Below are positions 48,986-59,717 of a DNA stretch of 64,000 bases, in pieces (within the stretch, counting starts at the first letter, position 1; each line of letters opens with the position of its first letter). A model generated the notes under the pieces. The model had not been told where the DNA came from. It ran no database searches and was given only the letters and a program-made list of their open reading frames with translations. Both the position numbers and the translations under genes were made by a program. This stretch comes from an uncultured Pelagibacteraceae bacterium (GTDB taxonomy: Bacteria > Pseudomonadota > Alphaproteobacteria > Pelagibacterales > AG-422-B15), in the NCBI GenBank assembly GCA_902619105.1, contig CACNCV010000001.1:402706-466705 (forward strand). Reading direction: 5' to 3'.

Positions 48986-50068
48986 ATGATCTTATATTTA
49001 ATTGAGTATTTAAATCTTGGTGCATTAAATAATTTTTTAAATTATTTAACAGTAAGAACAGGTTTGGCGTTGTTTACTTCATTTTTTTTTATACTCTTTT
49101 TTGGCCCATTTTTAATTAAAAGAATTGGATCATATCAATCAATTGGTCAGCCCATTAGAGAAGACGGCCCTGAGTCTCACTTAGTAGCTAAAAAAGGGAC
49201 ACCAACAATGGGAGGAATTATAATTTTGATTTCTATAGTTGGATCAATGATTCTATGGGTCAATCCCGAAAGCTATATATCTTGGCCAATTATATTCCTT
49301 CTAATATCTTTTGGATTGGTTGGTTTTGCAGATGATTTTAGCAAAGTTAAGAAAAAATCAAGTGATGGAATTTCTGCAAAAATAAGAATTTTTTTTCAAA
49401 TATTAATATCTTTGATATTTATTTACTGGATAACAACTTATAATGAAATTGATATTCACTTATTATCCTTACCTTTTCTTAAGGATATATTTCTAAACTT
49501 AGGTTTATTTTCAATTCCATTCGTTATATTGGTGATTCTAGGATCAGCAAATGCAGTTAATCTTACTGACGGTCTTGATGGACTAGCAATAGTTCCGATT
49601 ATGATTGTCTCTGCGACTTTTGCCGTAATCTGCTATTTGGCAGGAAATATGATTTTTTCAAATTATCTTTACATTAATTATTTACCTGGAGCAGGTGAAT
49701 TAACTGTACTTTGCGCAGCAATAATTGGATCCGCTCTTGGTTTTTTATGGTACAACGCGCCTCCTGCAATGGTCTTTATGGGCGATACAGGCTCTTTATC
49801 ATTAGGCGCTGCATTGGGTGGTATAAGTGTTCTGACCAAGCAAGAAATTGTATTAGCAATAGTTGGAGGAATATTCGTGGCAGAAGCAGTGTCAGTAATT
49901 CTTCAGGTTGGATCATATAAGTTAACTGGCAAACGAATATTCAAAATGGCTCCCTTACACCATCATTTTGAGAAGAATGGTATTGCAGAATCAAAAATAG
50001 TAATTCGTTTTTGGATAATTGCTTTAATTCTTGCCTTGGTTGGACTCGCAACACTTAAGATCAGGTAA
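48986..50068 (+). CDS. mraY: Phospho-N-acetylmuramoyl-pentapeptide transferase
   Basis: 360-aa polytopic ORF with GTPTMGG, NAVNLTDGLDGLA and APLHHHFE motifs. Confidence 0.97.
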   Translation: MILYLIEYLNLGALNNFLNYLTVRTGLALFTSFFFILFFGPFLIKRIGSYQSIGQPIREDGPESHLVAKKGTPTMGGIIILISIVGSMILWVNPESYISWPIIFLLISFGLVGFADDFSKVKKKSSDGISAKIRIFFQILISLIFIYWITTYNEIDIHLLSLPFLKDIFLNLGLFSIPFVILVILGSANAVNLTDGLDGLAIVPIMIVSATFAVICYLAGNMIFSNYLYINYLPGAGELTVLCAAIIGSALGFLWYNAPPAMVFMGDTGSLSLGAALGGISVLTKQEIVLAIVGGIFVAEAVSVILQVGSYKLTGKRIFKMAPLHHHFEKNGIAESKIVIRFWIIALILALVGLATLKIR

Positions 50069-50072
50069 CTAA

Positions 50073-51389
50073 ATGTTGAAGTCAAAATGTTTTTCAAAGA
50101 AAAGCTATGTAGTCATTGGTATGGGAAAAACGGGATGTTCAATTTATAAGTCTCTCCTAAATAGTGGGGCTGTAGTGTATTTTTGGGAAGATAATCCCAA
50201 ACATTCAAAAAAAATATTAAATAAAGGATATAAAAAGTATTCTTCTAAAATAAGTCAAATAGACTACGTTATTCCTAGTCCTGGAATTGTAACTAAAGGT
50301 AAGTCAGCACATAAACTGATAAAAAAATTAACTTCAAAAAATACTAAATCGATAAGTGAATTAGATTTATTTCAAATATATTTGGATAATTTAAATATAA
50401 GGAATCAGATAAAAATAATTGCAGTTACAGGAACAAATGGAAAATCAACAACAGTATCGATTATTCATCATATTCTTAAAAAAAATAAATTCAATACACA
50501 GCTTGCGGGAAATATAGGTAACCCAATCTTTGAAACAAAGATGATTAAAAAAGGTTTTTATGTCCTAGAATTGTCATCTTATCAATTGGAGAGTTCCAAA
50601 ATATTTCAACCTGATATTGCCTGTATACTTAATTTAACTCCAGATCATTTAGCGAGACATAATACAATGTCTAATTATGGTAATGCTAAATTAAACATTT
50701 TTAAAAATATAAATAGCTCACAAAAAGGTTTTTTTGATAATAATTCAATTATAAAAAAATTAATAAAAAAAAATAATCATTTGAATAAAATGAAAAATTT
50801 AAAGCAGATAAATAAAAATAAAAGAACCTCCACTATAAATTTAAATGTGAATCAGTATAATTTACTGAGTAATGACCAAAACTACCGCTTCTCATATGAA
50901 ATTTTGAAAGAAGTAGGCCTAAGCAGTAATAAAATTTTCAATGCTTTTAAATCATTTAGAGGGCTTGAGTTTAGACAGCAAATAATTTTTTCAGACAAAA
51001 AGAAACTTATTATAAATGACTCCAAATCAACAAATTATCACTCTCTAATTGCTGCGCTAAAAAAATATAAAGATATCATATTGATATGTGGCGGTCAGAT
51101 AAAAAGCAATAATATCAATATATTAGATGACAGTCTTAGCAATATTAAAAAAGTAATAATTATTGGAGAGGAATCTAATACTTTTCACAAATACTTTCAG
51201 AGTAAAGTTACCACAGTTTATGTTCACAGCTTGGATAAAGCAGTGGTCGAAATAAGTAAATTTATGAAAACCAATACAGATTTCAATACTTTTTTATTTA
51301 GTCCAGGCGCCGCTTCATTTGACCAATATAATAACTTTGAAGAACGTGGAAGACATTTTAATAAACTTATAAGCAAACTTAGCAAATAA
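50073..51389 (+). CDS. murD: UDP-N-acetylmuramoylalanine--D-glutamate ligase
   Basis: 438-aa Mur ligase with P-loop GTNGKST, at the canonical position. Confidence 0.9.
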   Translation: MLKSKCFSKKSYVVIGMGKTGCSIYKSLLNSGAVVYFWEDNPKHSKKILNKGYKKYSSKISQIDYVIPSPGIVTKGKSAHKLIKKLTSKNTKSISELDLFQIYLDNLNIRNQIKIIAVTGTNGKSTTVSIIHHILKKNKFNTQLAGNIGNPIFETKMIKKGFYVLELSSYQLESSKIFQPDIACILNLTPDHLARHNTMSNYGNAKLNIFKNINSSQKGFFDNNSIIKKLIKKNNHLNKMKNLKQINKNKRTSTINLNVNQYNLLSNDQNYRFSYEILKEVGLSSNKIFNAFKSFRGLEFRQQIIFSDKKKLIINDSKSTNYHSLIAALKKYKDIILICGGQIKSNNINILDDSLSNIKKVIIIGEESNTFHKYFQSKVTTVYVHSLDKAVVEISKFMKTNTDFNTFLFSPGAASFDQYNNFEERGRHFNKLISKLSK

Positions 51390-52501
51390 TGAATAAAAGA
51401 ACTTATGAACAGTCAATAATTACAAACTGGATTACTGAAATAAATAAACCAATTTTTTTTTGTATAACAGTATTAATAACTTTTGGTCTATTAATAAGTT
51501 TAACTATAAACCCTGGTACAAGTAGGTATCTCAACAACAATCTATTTGCATTTTTTAATATACAGGCTTTGTACCTAGCAATAGGTTTTTTAGTATTTAT
51601 TTCTATTTCACTGATTGAGACAAAATACATAAAATTATTTAGCGTGATATTATTTACAGTATTTTTTACTTTACTAGCTCTTACTTTATTATTTGGGGAT
51701 GAAATCAAAGGTTCAAGAAGATGGATAAGTTTTGGATCTTTTTCTCTCATGCCAATAGAATTAGTAAAGCCAGTATTTTGCGTTGTACTGGCTCTGATAT
51801 TAAATAATCAATACCAAGGCACAAAAATATCATCTCACTCACTAAGTGCTTTAATCTATATTTCAGTTGCAAGCATACTTGTTTTGCAGCCTGATATTAG
51901 TCAATTTTTTTTATTATCAGCTATTTATTTTGGTTCAGTGCTTATGAGTGGTTTCAGTATTATAATACTCACTGTAATTGTGGTTTTTGGAATTCTAAGT
52001 TTTGTGATGATATATTTGCTCAATTTTAATGTTCAAAATAGAATAAATTCATTTTTATTTCCAAATGAATATGACGTAAGTCAAACTGAAATTTCTCTTC
52101 AAGCAATTAAACAAGGAGGTATTATTGGTGTGGGACCCGGTAATGGTCTTTTAAAAAATAAAATTCCTGAAGCTAATTCAGATTATATTTTTTCTGTGAT
52201 TGCAGAAGAGTATGGTCTCATAGGTTGTACACTTATATTGTTAATCTTCTTTATAATATCGTATCAAGGTTTCAAAAAAATTTATGGAAACAATGATCAC
52301 TTTATTCAAATCTGTTTATTTACCCTTATTTTATATTTATGCTTACAGGCCTTAATCCACATAGGGGTAAATATAAGGTTGATACCAACAACTGGAATTA
52401 CCTTACCGTTTATCAGCTATGGGGGTTCATCGGTCCTTGGCATGTCAATTGCAGCGGGATTAATTTTATTATTTTCAAAGAATCGACATATTCGTGAATA
52501 G
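51389..52501 (+). CDS. ftsW: SEDS-family peptidoglycan glycosyltransferase FtsW
   Basis: 370-aa polytopic ORF with the SEDS signature PTTGITLPFISYGGSS. Confidence 0.92.
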   Translation: MNKRTYEQSIITNWITEINKPIFFCITVLITFGLLISLTINPGTSRYLNNNLFAFFNIQALYLAIGFLVFISISLIETKYIKLFSVILFTVFFTLLALTLLFGDEIKGSRRWISFGSFSLMPIELVKPVFCVVLALILNNQYQGTKISSHSLSALIYISVASILVLQPDISQFFLLSAIYFGSVLMSGFSIIILTVIVVFGILSFVMIYLLNFNVQNRINSFLFPNEYDVSQTEISLQAIKQGGIIGVGPGNGLLKNKIPEANSDYIFSVIAEEYGLIGCTLILLIFFIISYQGFKKIYGNNDHFIQICLFTLILYLCLQALIHIGVNIRLIPTTGITLPFISYGGSSVLGMSIAAGLILLFSKNRHIRE

Positions 52502-52510
52502 ACTAACTTT

Positions 52511-53569
52511 ATGAAAAAACTTTTTTTAGTAGGTGGAGGTACCGGCGGCCACTGTATACCAATAAATGTAGTTTATTCGGAGGCACCTAAAAATTTTAAA
52601 TGCTTTATTTTAACCGATAACAGAGGCAAGAAATATTTCGATAATATAGACCCAAATAATGTAATTATACTTAGAAATCTTATTTCCTCCCAATCAAGAC
52701 TAGCAAATATTATAAATTCCCCGTTCTTATTTATTCAATCAATGTTATACAATTTTAAAATCAAACCCGATTGCACTTTAGGTTTTGGTGGATTTTTCAC
52801 AATACCTGTCCTTTTCGCTAGTTTAATAATGAGAAAAAAAATTTTTCTTCATGAGGGCAACGCATTTATTGGAAAAGCAAATAAATTATTATTTAAATAT
52901 GTAGGTAATATCTTTACAACTTTCAACGAAACGTATGGCGAAAAGCTAATTCAAAATAAAAATTCATTCAGAGTTGGTTTACCAACTAGGAGTAGTAAAA
53001 ACTTAGAAAACAAAGAAACTAATAAAAAAAATCAGCTTAAAATATGTGTTCTTGGTGGTAGCCAAGGTGCAAAAAACCTTTCAGATAATATCGCTCATTC
53101 GATCATTAAATCTAAGAATGAATGTAAGAAAGAATTTATTGTTTATCATCAATGTAGGAAAGAAGATGTAAACTTAGTAGAAAAACTTTATAGAGAAAAT
53201 AGTATTGAGTGCTATGTTAATGTATACTTCAGCAATGTCACAGATATTTTAGAGAATACAAATTTAATTATTTCACGAGCTGGCTCATCGACTGTAAATG
53301 AAATTATTTGCTTTGGAATTCCCTCAATTTTAATTCCTTATCCTTATGCTGCTGACAACCATCAATATTATAATGCATCAGTTCTTAAAAACCTTAATTG
53401 TGCCGAGATCATTGAGGACAAAGATATGAATACTCACATATTATCAAGCCTGATCAATAAAACAATCAACAACCCCAAAAGAAGAGAGTCTATTAAAGAA
53501 ACTTTAAAAAAAGAGTATATAAGCAATCCTGTTGAAAGAATTTTTAATTATATTGAAGCAAGTCGATGA
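52511..53569 (+). CDS. murG: UDP-N-acetylglucosamine--N-acetylmuramyl-(pentapeptide) pyrophosphoryl-undecaprenol N-acetylglucosamine transferase
   Basis: 352-aa ORF with the N-terminal GGGTGGH loop and C-terminal RAGSSTVNE. Confidence 0.92.
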   Translation: MKKLFLVGGGTGGHCIPINVVYSEAPKNFKCFILTDNRGKKYFDNIDPNNVIILRNLISSQSRLANIINSPFLFIQSMLYNFKIKPDCTLGFGGFFTIPVLFASLIMRKKIFLHEGNAFIGKANKLLFKYVGNIFTTFNETYGEKLIQNKNSFRVGLPTRSSKNLENKETNKKNQLKICVLGGSQGAKNLSDNIAHSIIKSKNECKKEFIVYHQCRKEDVNLVEKLYRENSIECYVNVYFSNVTDILENTNLIISRAGSSTVNEIICFGIPSILIPYPYAADNHQYYNASVLKNLNCAEIIEDKDMNTHILSSLINKTINNPKRRESIKETLKKEYISNPVERIFNYIEASR

Positions 53570-54957
53570 AATTAAATAAAAAAAAATTAATACATATTGT
53601 AGGAGTTGGTGGAATTGGAATGAGTGGAATTGCAGAAATTTTATCAGAAATGGGATATCAAGTTCAAGGAAGTGACATAAAAATCAACGCAAACATTATT
53701 CGATTAAATAAAAAGAAAATAAAAACTTTTAGTTCACATAAAAAATCAAATTTGAAAAATGTAAGTTTAGTTGTTTATTCATCTGCAATAAGTAAAAATA
53801 ATATTGAGCTTGAACATTCCAAAAAAATTAAAATTCCTTCAATTTCAAGAGCTGAAATTTTATCTCAAATTGTAAAACTAAAAAAAACGATAGCTATATC
53901 TGGGTCTCATGGGAAAACTACTACGACATCCTTAATTTCAGCAGTTTTAAATGGGGCAAGGATGAAACCCACTGTGATTAATGGTGGGATAATTAATCAG
54001 TTTGGTACAAATACAAAATTAGGATCAGGTGATTGGTTGGTAGTTGAAGCTGATGAGTCTGACGGAACTTTTGTGAAACTTCCCGCCTCAATTTCTGTGG
54101 TAACAAATATTGACAAAGAACACCTTGATTACTATTCAAATTTTCAAAATTTAAAAAAATATTTCAAAAGGTTCATTACGCAAGTTCCTTTTTATGGCTT
54201 TGCAGTTATATGTATAGATGATAATGAGCTACGAAAGTTAGCTGCAAAAATAAGTACAACAAAAATAATTAGAACTGGTTTCCATCGAGAAAGTGATATC
54301 AAATGTATTAAATTAAGACATAAAGCCAATGAAACAATATTTGATGTTTTTGTAAAAGAGCAAAATCAAAGTATAAAAAATATTAAGTTGCCACTTCATG
54401 GAGCATATAATGTAAATAATGCATTAGCTGCTATAGCAGTTGGTCTTCAATTAAATGTAAAACCAGAAATAATTAAGAAGTCTCTAAATTCTTTTAAGGG
54501 TGTTCAAAGAAGACTTACTGAGTTATGGAGTAATAATAACATAAGAGTTATTGATGATTATGCCCATCATCCTACTGAAATTAATAATGTATTAAAAGGA
54601 TTGGTTGATGCAGACAAAAAAAATAGAATAATAACTATTTTCCAGCCTCATAGATTCTCAAGGGTTTTAGATTTGAAAAGTAAATTTATGACATGTTTCA
54701 AAAATAGTGAACGTGTATTTGTTTCGGATGTTTATGGGGCGGGAGAGAAAAAACCAAAAAATTTCAATTTAAATAGATTTATTAGTAACATTGCAAAAAA
54801 TTCTAAAGTCAAAGCTGAATATTTTGTTAAAAATGATCAATTATTTGAATTAACAAAGAAGAATAGATCAAAAGTAATCTTTTTATTTTTAGGGGCTGGG
54901 ACAGTTACAGATTGGGCTCAAAAATTTGCTAAAGAGTTAAAGAAAATTTATGAATGA
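53566..54957 (+). CDS. murC: UDP-N-acetylmuramate--L-alanine ligase
   Basis: 463-aa ORF with HIVGVGGIGMSGIAE and P-loop GSHGKTTTTS. Confidence 0.95.
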   Translation: MKLNKKKLIHIVGVGGIGMSGIAEILSEMGYQVQGSDIKINANIIRLNKKKIKTFSSHKKSNLKNVSLVVYSSAISKNNIELEHSKKIKIPSISRAEILSQIVKLKKTIAISGSHGKTTTTSLISAVLNGARMKPTVINGGIINQFGTNTKLGSGDWLVVEADESDGTFVKLPASISVVTNIDKEHLDYYSNFQNLKKYFKRFITQVPFYGFAVICIDDNELRKLAAKISTTKIIRTGFHRESDIKCIKLRHKANETIFDVFVKEQNQSIKNIKLPLHGAYNVNNALAAIAVGLQLNVKPEIIKKSLNSFKGVQRRLTELWSNNNIRVIDDYAHHPTEINNVLKGLVDADKKNRIITIFQPHRFSRVLDLKSKFMTCFKNSERVFVSDVYGAGEKKPKNFNLNRFISNIAKNSKVKAEYFVKNDQLFELTKKNRSKVIFLFLGAGTVTDWAQKFAKELKKIYE

Positions 54958-55873
54958 AAATCAAAGGGAATTTTTAGAAAATTGTAAAAAAAACAATGTT
55001 ATTGGAAAAATTCAAATAAATCATAATTTATCAAAATATACCTGGTTTGGGGTAGCAGGCAACGCTGAGATATTTTATATGCCTCCAAATTTTGAAGAAT
55101 TAGCAAAAGTTTTAGAAATCAACAGAGATAAATTGCCGGTAACGGTGATTGGGGCTGGATCGAATATGATTATAAGAGATGGTGGAATATTTGGTCTTGT
55201 AATAAAATTAGGAAAAGAATTTAGTCAAATTAAAATACATAATGATTGTATTGAAGTTGGGGCTGCAACCTACGATAGAGTATTATCCAATTATTGCCTG
55301 AAAAATGAAATAGGTGGTATGGAGTTTTATTTTGGAATTCCGGGAACACTTGGTGGTGCAGTTCGTATGAACGCCGGTTGTTATAATTCTGAAACAAAAG
55401 ATGTTTTTATTAAAGCAAAGTGTGTTGATTATATGGGGCAAGTCTCAGAAATACCTAATTCGAAGGAATTATTTTCTTATAGGGAAAGTAATATACCTCA
55501 AGATATGATTATCTGCGATGTATATATGCAAAAAAAAATTGCAAGCAAAAATACAATTTCACTAAAAATGAAAGAAGTTGATGATCAAAGAAAAAAAGCT
55601 CAACCTCAGCAAATTAAAACAGCAGGAAGTACATTTAAAAATCCAAAAGATCAGACTGATAAAAAAGCATGGGAAATTATTGAAGAAGCTGGTCTTAAAA
55701 ATTTTGAGCTTCAAGGAATATGTTTCTCTTCTAAGCATTCAAACTTCATAGTTAATAATCAAACTAAATCAGCAAACCTTATCGAAGACTTCGGTGAATA
55801 TGTTAGGTCTGATGTAAAGAAAAAATTGGGAATAAGCTTAAACTGGGAAATAAAGATATTTGGTGAAAGATGA
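54950..55873 (+). CDS. murB: UDP-N-acetylenolpyruvoylglucosamine reductase
   Basis: 307-aa ORF with an FAD-binding domain (GAGSNMII) and AGSTFKNP. Confidence 0.92.
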   Translation: MNENQREFLENCKKNNVIGKIQINHNLSKYTWFGVAGNAEIFYMPPNFEELAKVLEINRDKLPVTVIGAGSNMIIRDGGIFGLVIKLGKEFSQIKIHNDCIEVGAATYDRVLSNYCLKNEIGGMEFYFGIPGTLGGAVRMNAGCYNSETKDVFIKAKCVDYMGQVSEIPNSKELFSYRESNIPQDMIICDVYMQKKIASKNTISLKMKEVDDQRKKAQPQQIKTAGSTFKNPKDQTDKKAWEIIEEAGLKNFELQGICFSSKHSNFIVNNQTKSANLIEDFGEYVRSDVKKKLGISLNWEIKIFGER

Positions 55874-56778
55874 ATAAAGACAAAAAAATTATGCTTTTGT
55901 ATGGAGGCATATCTGCAGAAAGAGAAATAAGCATTATCACCTCAAAAGAAATAAGCAAATCTCTTAAAAATATGGGCTACAATATTGTAGAAATTGATGC
56001 AAATGAGAGTCTCTTAGCTGATCTTGAAATGCATAAACCTGACATAGTATTCAATGGATTACACGGAACATGGGGAGAAGACGGGAGTGTTCAAGAAATA
56101 CTCGAAAAATATGGAGTTCCATACACTCATTCGGGAATTGAGTCATCCAAACTAGCAATGGATAAATACAAGTCTGCTGAACTATTTATTGAAAATGGGT
56201 TCAATCATCCTTTAACGAAATTGATGAAGATAGAGGAAGTGAAAGATCAAAATATATTTGATTTTCCCTATGTCTTAAAGCCAAGAAATGAAGGATCTAG
56301 TGTTGGAGTTAGTATTATTAGAAACCATGGGGAATTAAATAAATACCTGTCAGAGAATAAATTTCGAAATGAATTATTGATTCAGCAATTTATTGAGGGC
56401 CCTGAGATAAATGTCGCTGTTATAGGAACAAATAAAACTGGTTCTATAGAAATTGATCCAAAAAACGAATTCTATGATTACGAATCAAAGTACTTTGATG
56501 CAGGGAAAACAAAACATATAATTCCACCACGATTAGAGAGCGACCTGATTAAAAAAGTTGAAGGTTTAGGTTTAGATGCTCATAAATTATTGGGTTGTAA
56601 GGGAATTAGCCGAACAGAATTTATATTAGATAAAGTGACAAAACAGTTTTACATATTAGAGCTTAATACACAACCTGGCATGACACCAACTTCATTAGTT
56701 CCTGAAATTGCGAATTATAAAGGTATTAACTTTGATAATCTTATTAATTGGATCCTATTAGATGCAACGCAAAATTAA
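55870..56778 (+). CDS. ddl: D-alanine--D-alanine ligase
   Basis: 302-aa ATP-grasp ORF with LHGTWGEDGSVQEILE and ELNTQPGMT. Confidence 0.95.
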   Translation: MNKDKKIMLLYGGISAEREISIITSKEISKSLKNMGYNIVEIDANESLLADLEMHKPDIVFNGLHGTWGEDGSVQEILEKYGVPYTHSGIESSKLAMDKYKSAELFIENGFNHPLTKLMKIEEVKDQNIFDFPYVLKPRNEGSSVGVSIIRNHGELNKYLSENKFRNELLIQQFIEGPEINVAVIGTNKTGSIEIDPKNEFYDYESKYFDAGKTKHIIPPRLESDLIKKVEGLGLDAHKLLGCKGISRTEFILDKVTKQFYILELNTQPGMTPTSLVPEIANYKGINFDNLINWILLDATQN

Positions 56779-57496
56779 AATAATAAATATTGTCTCCTTT
56801 TCTTTGATCTTCGTTTCTATTATTGCAATTTTTGTATTTTTAAAATTTCCAAGTTTACTTAATAATGCATTTCAAATTAGGCACGTAATAATAGAAGGTT
56901 CTGAAAAATCAAATATGTCTGAGATTGAAAATAATGTGACTAAATTAAAAGGTAATTTAATTAGCTTAAATTTTAATTCCATCAAGGAAATTGTTGAGTC
57001 GAGTGAATGGGTAAAGCGGGCATCTGTAAAAAAAATTTTGCCATCAACGTTAAAAATTAATGTAACTGAGAATGATCCATATGCAATATACTTTCAAAAA
57101 GGAAAATCTTTTCTGATAGATCTTGATGGATCAATCATTACTGAAATTAACTTAAACAATTATGAAAATGACCTCTTATTTGTAAGAGGTGAGAACTCGC
57201 CAGAATTACTCGAGCAATTAATTAGGGATATAAATATTGCTTTTCCAGATTTAACTCAAACTCTGGAAGAAGTTGAATTTATTGAAAAAAGAAGGTGGAA
57301 TCTAAAATTAAACAATAAGTTGCTTGTAAAATTACCAGATGAAAACATTCAACAATCATTAAAAAATTTAAAACAGCTTTTTGAGGAGCAAGAAGTAATG
57401 GAAAGTAACATTATTGAAATAGATTTAAGAATTCAAGGAAGAGCAGCCCTCAAAGTTTTAGATGGAAAAATAAATTATGGTATTGATGAGATTTAA
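56762..57496 (+). CDS. ftsQ: Cell division protein FtsQ
   Basis: 244-aa ORF with a single N-terminal TM segment and a POTRA-like domain, at the canonical position between ddl and ftsA. Confidence 0.8.
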   Translation: MQRKIKIINIVSFSLIFVSIIAIFVFLKFPSLLNNAFQIRHVIIEGSEKSNMSEIENNVTKLKGNLISLNFNSIKEIVESSEWVKRASVKKILPSTLKINVTENDPYAIYFQKGKSFLIDLDGSIITEINLNNYENDLLFVRGENSPELLEQLIRDINIAFPDLTQTLEEVEFIEKRRWNLKLNNKLLVKLPDENIQQSLKNLKQLFEEQEVMESNIIEIDLRIQGRAALKVLDGKINYGIDEI

Positions 57497-58683
57497 TGGG
57501 TCAAAAAATAATTAGTGCGATTGATATAAGAGCCGACAAAGTAATTTGCCTTATTGCTCAAGAATTACAGATATTAGACAGAGGGAAGATTCTTCAACTT
57601 ATTGGAATAGGTACTTCTAAACTGAAAGTCAATTGTTTAAAGCCCTTTTCATTGGAAACAGATGAAATTAAAAATCATCTTGATGCCGCTATTTCGAAAG
57701 CAGAAATAGATGCTGGAATAAAGATTAGCAACGTTTATGTCAGTATATCGGAAAATATGAAATCAGATTATATTGTATTTGAAAATAAAATTTCAGGTAG
57801 GATCATCACAGAAAATGATATCAAATCCTTTTTTGAAGATATAAAATTTAAAAGATTATATACTGAAACTGATGAACCACTTCATTCCTTTCCAATAAGT
57901 TACAAAGTAGACAATAAAAAAAGCTTATCAGAGCCAATTGGTGTGAAAGCTGAAACTCTTCATACAAAATGGCATGTAATATCAACTTCAAAAGACTATC
58001 TAAGTAAAATATTAGATTTGTTAAATAATCAAGATGTAAGTCTTAAACAGATAGTTTCGAGTCACTATGCTAGCAGTCTTGCAGTGTTATCAGATGAAGA
58101 AGCAGATAATGGAGCAGTAAGTATCGATATTCAAAAAAACAAGACAATTATTTCTTATACCTTTGACAACCAACTTATTGGCTATGATACGGTTAAAGTT
58201 GGAACTTATAATTTTTCAAATGATATATCACAAGTCAAATCAATTTCACTAGAAGAGGCCGAACTAGTAAGAAAGCAAATTGATACAATGAATAGTCAGA
58301 GAATTTATGAAAAAAAATTAGAAAAGTATTTTGAGATATATTCATCAAGAGCAGAAGAATTATCAAATTTAATAAAAAATATAATTTATAAATCAAAATT
58401 TAGCTCTCTAGTATCTAATAATATTGTGCTTACTGGATATGGAGCAAAATCGTTAACTTTGCAAAAATTCATCAAAAATGAAATGAGTGATAGTAATTTT
58501 CGTTTAGGATCAACAAAAAAAATTAACGGATCCAAAACTTATTTAGATAATCCGTCTCTTGCATCAGCATTTGGTCTTTTAAATTATGCCGCAGACCATA
58601 TCATGGAGGGAGATAAGGATGAGTCTAAATCAGAAAAAAAATCAGTATTATCAGTAGTTTATAATTTTTTTAGAAACCTTTAA
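57496..58683 (+). CDS. ftsA: Cell division protein FtsA
   Basis: 395-aa actin/HSP70-fold ORF with a C-terminal amphipathic helix (LSVVYNFFRNL). It has a 1-nt overlap with ftsQ. Confidence 0.88.
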   Translation: MGQKIISAIDIRADKVICLIAQELQILDRGKILQLIGIGTSKLKVNCLKPFSLETDEIKNHLDAAISKAEIDAGIKISNVYVSISENMKSDYIVFENKISGRIITENDIKSFFEDIKFKRLYTETDEPLHSFPISYKVDNKKSLSEPIGVKAETLHTKWHVISTSKDYLSKILDLLNNQDVSLKQIVSSHYASSLAVLSDEEADNGAVSIDIQKNKTIISYTFDNQLIGYDTVKVGTYNFSNDISQVKSISLEEAELVRKQIDTMNSQRIYEKKLEKYFEIYSSRAEELSNLIKNIIYKSKFSSLVSNNIVLTGYGAKSLTLQKFIKNEMSDSNFRLGSTKKINGSKTYLDNPSLASAFGLLNYAADHIMEGDKDESKSEKKSVLSVVYNFFRNL

Positions 58684-58747
58684 GTAGTAACAAAAAGAAA
58701 TAATCTTTGTTTTTTCCCATTGTTTTAAACAATTTATAAACATCAGA

Positions 58748-59674
58748 ATGCAAAAAACCATTAATAAGTCATTCAATATTAAAGGTGTAACTTTACACAG
58801 TGGTGAAAGATCAAATTTGTCTGTTAACCCAGCGACTGCCAATACTGGCATTATATTTAGAAGAGTTGATATTAAAAATTCTAATGAAGAATCACTAATT
58901 AAAGCAAAGTTTAATAACGTTAGCATTTCAGATTTATGCACTAAGATTACTAATAAATACGGAATATCAGTTTCAACAATTGAACATTTGATGTCAGCTT
59001 TACATGGCATGGGAATTGATAACGCTATTGTTGAAGTAGATTGTGATGAATTACCAATTCTCGATGGTAGCTCCTTAGAATATGTACGTAACATCGAGGA
59101 AGTTGGTCTTAAAAGTTTAAATGTAGATAAAAAATATCTAAGCATATCTAGACCAATTGTGTTTAGTATGAATGATTCTTTTGTGAAAGTTTCCCCATCT
59201 GATAATTTCAAAATTGATTATACAATCTCTTACGATCACAATCTTATAAAGAAACAAAGGTTTATATATGAGCTTAAAGATTCAAATCAATTTAAAAATC
59301 TTATTTCTAATTGCAGAACTTTTGGCTTTAAAGAAGAGGTAGACTCTCTCAGAAAAAAAGGTCTTATAGCAGGAGGTTCTTTAGATAATGCAATTGTCCT
59401 TGATAAAAAAGGAATTGTGAATAATGACAAATTGCGTCAAGAAAATGAATTTGTTAAACATAAAATACTTGATTTCATTGGTGATATTTATCTCTTTGGA
59501 TATTCAGTGAAAGGAGCGTTTGAAATATATAAAGGTGGTCACAGATTAACCCATGAAACTATGAATTCAATAATGTCTGATCAGTCAAACTGGCACCTTA
59601 TAAACGAAGAAAATTTAAATGATAAAAATTATCAAAAAACCTATTACACGAAGTCCGTAGCTGCATCATTATAA
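58748..59674 (+). CDS. lpxC: UDP-3-O-acyl-N-acetylglucosamine deacetylase
   Basis: 308-aa ORF with GVTLHSG, STIEHLMSAL, ELPILDGSS and HKILDFIGD (zinc ligands). Confidence 0.95.
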   Translation: MQKTINKSFNIKGVTLHSGERSNLSVNPATANTGIIFRRVDIKNSNEESLIKAKFNNVSISDLCTKITNKYGISVSTIEHLMSALHGMGIDNAIVEVDCDELPILDGSSLEYVRNIEEVGLKSLNVDKKYLSISRPIVFSMNDSFVKVSPSDNFKIDYTISYDHNLIKKQRFIYELKDSNQFKNLISNCRTFGFKEEVDSLRKKGLIAGGSLDNAIVLDKKGIVNNDKLRQENEFVKHKILDFIGDIYLFGYSVKGAFEIYKGGHRLTHETMNSIMSDQSNWHLINEENLNDKNYQKTYYTKSVAASL

Positions 59675-59717
59675 TTTAGAAATTCATCTTTAATCTTCTT
59701 AAATAATCATTAAAATT

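Noticed and set aside
58651-59211. 186-aa ORF on the minus strand
   Set aside because: It is antisense to the strongly supported lpxC (58748-59674) and to the ftsA 3' end. It has low-complexity, Leu/Ser/Ile-rich composition typical of shadow ORFs in AT-rich DNA.
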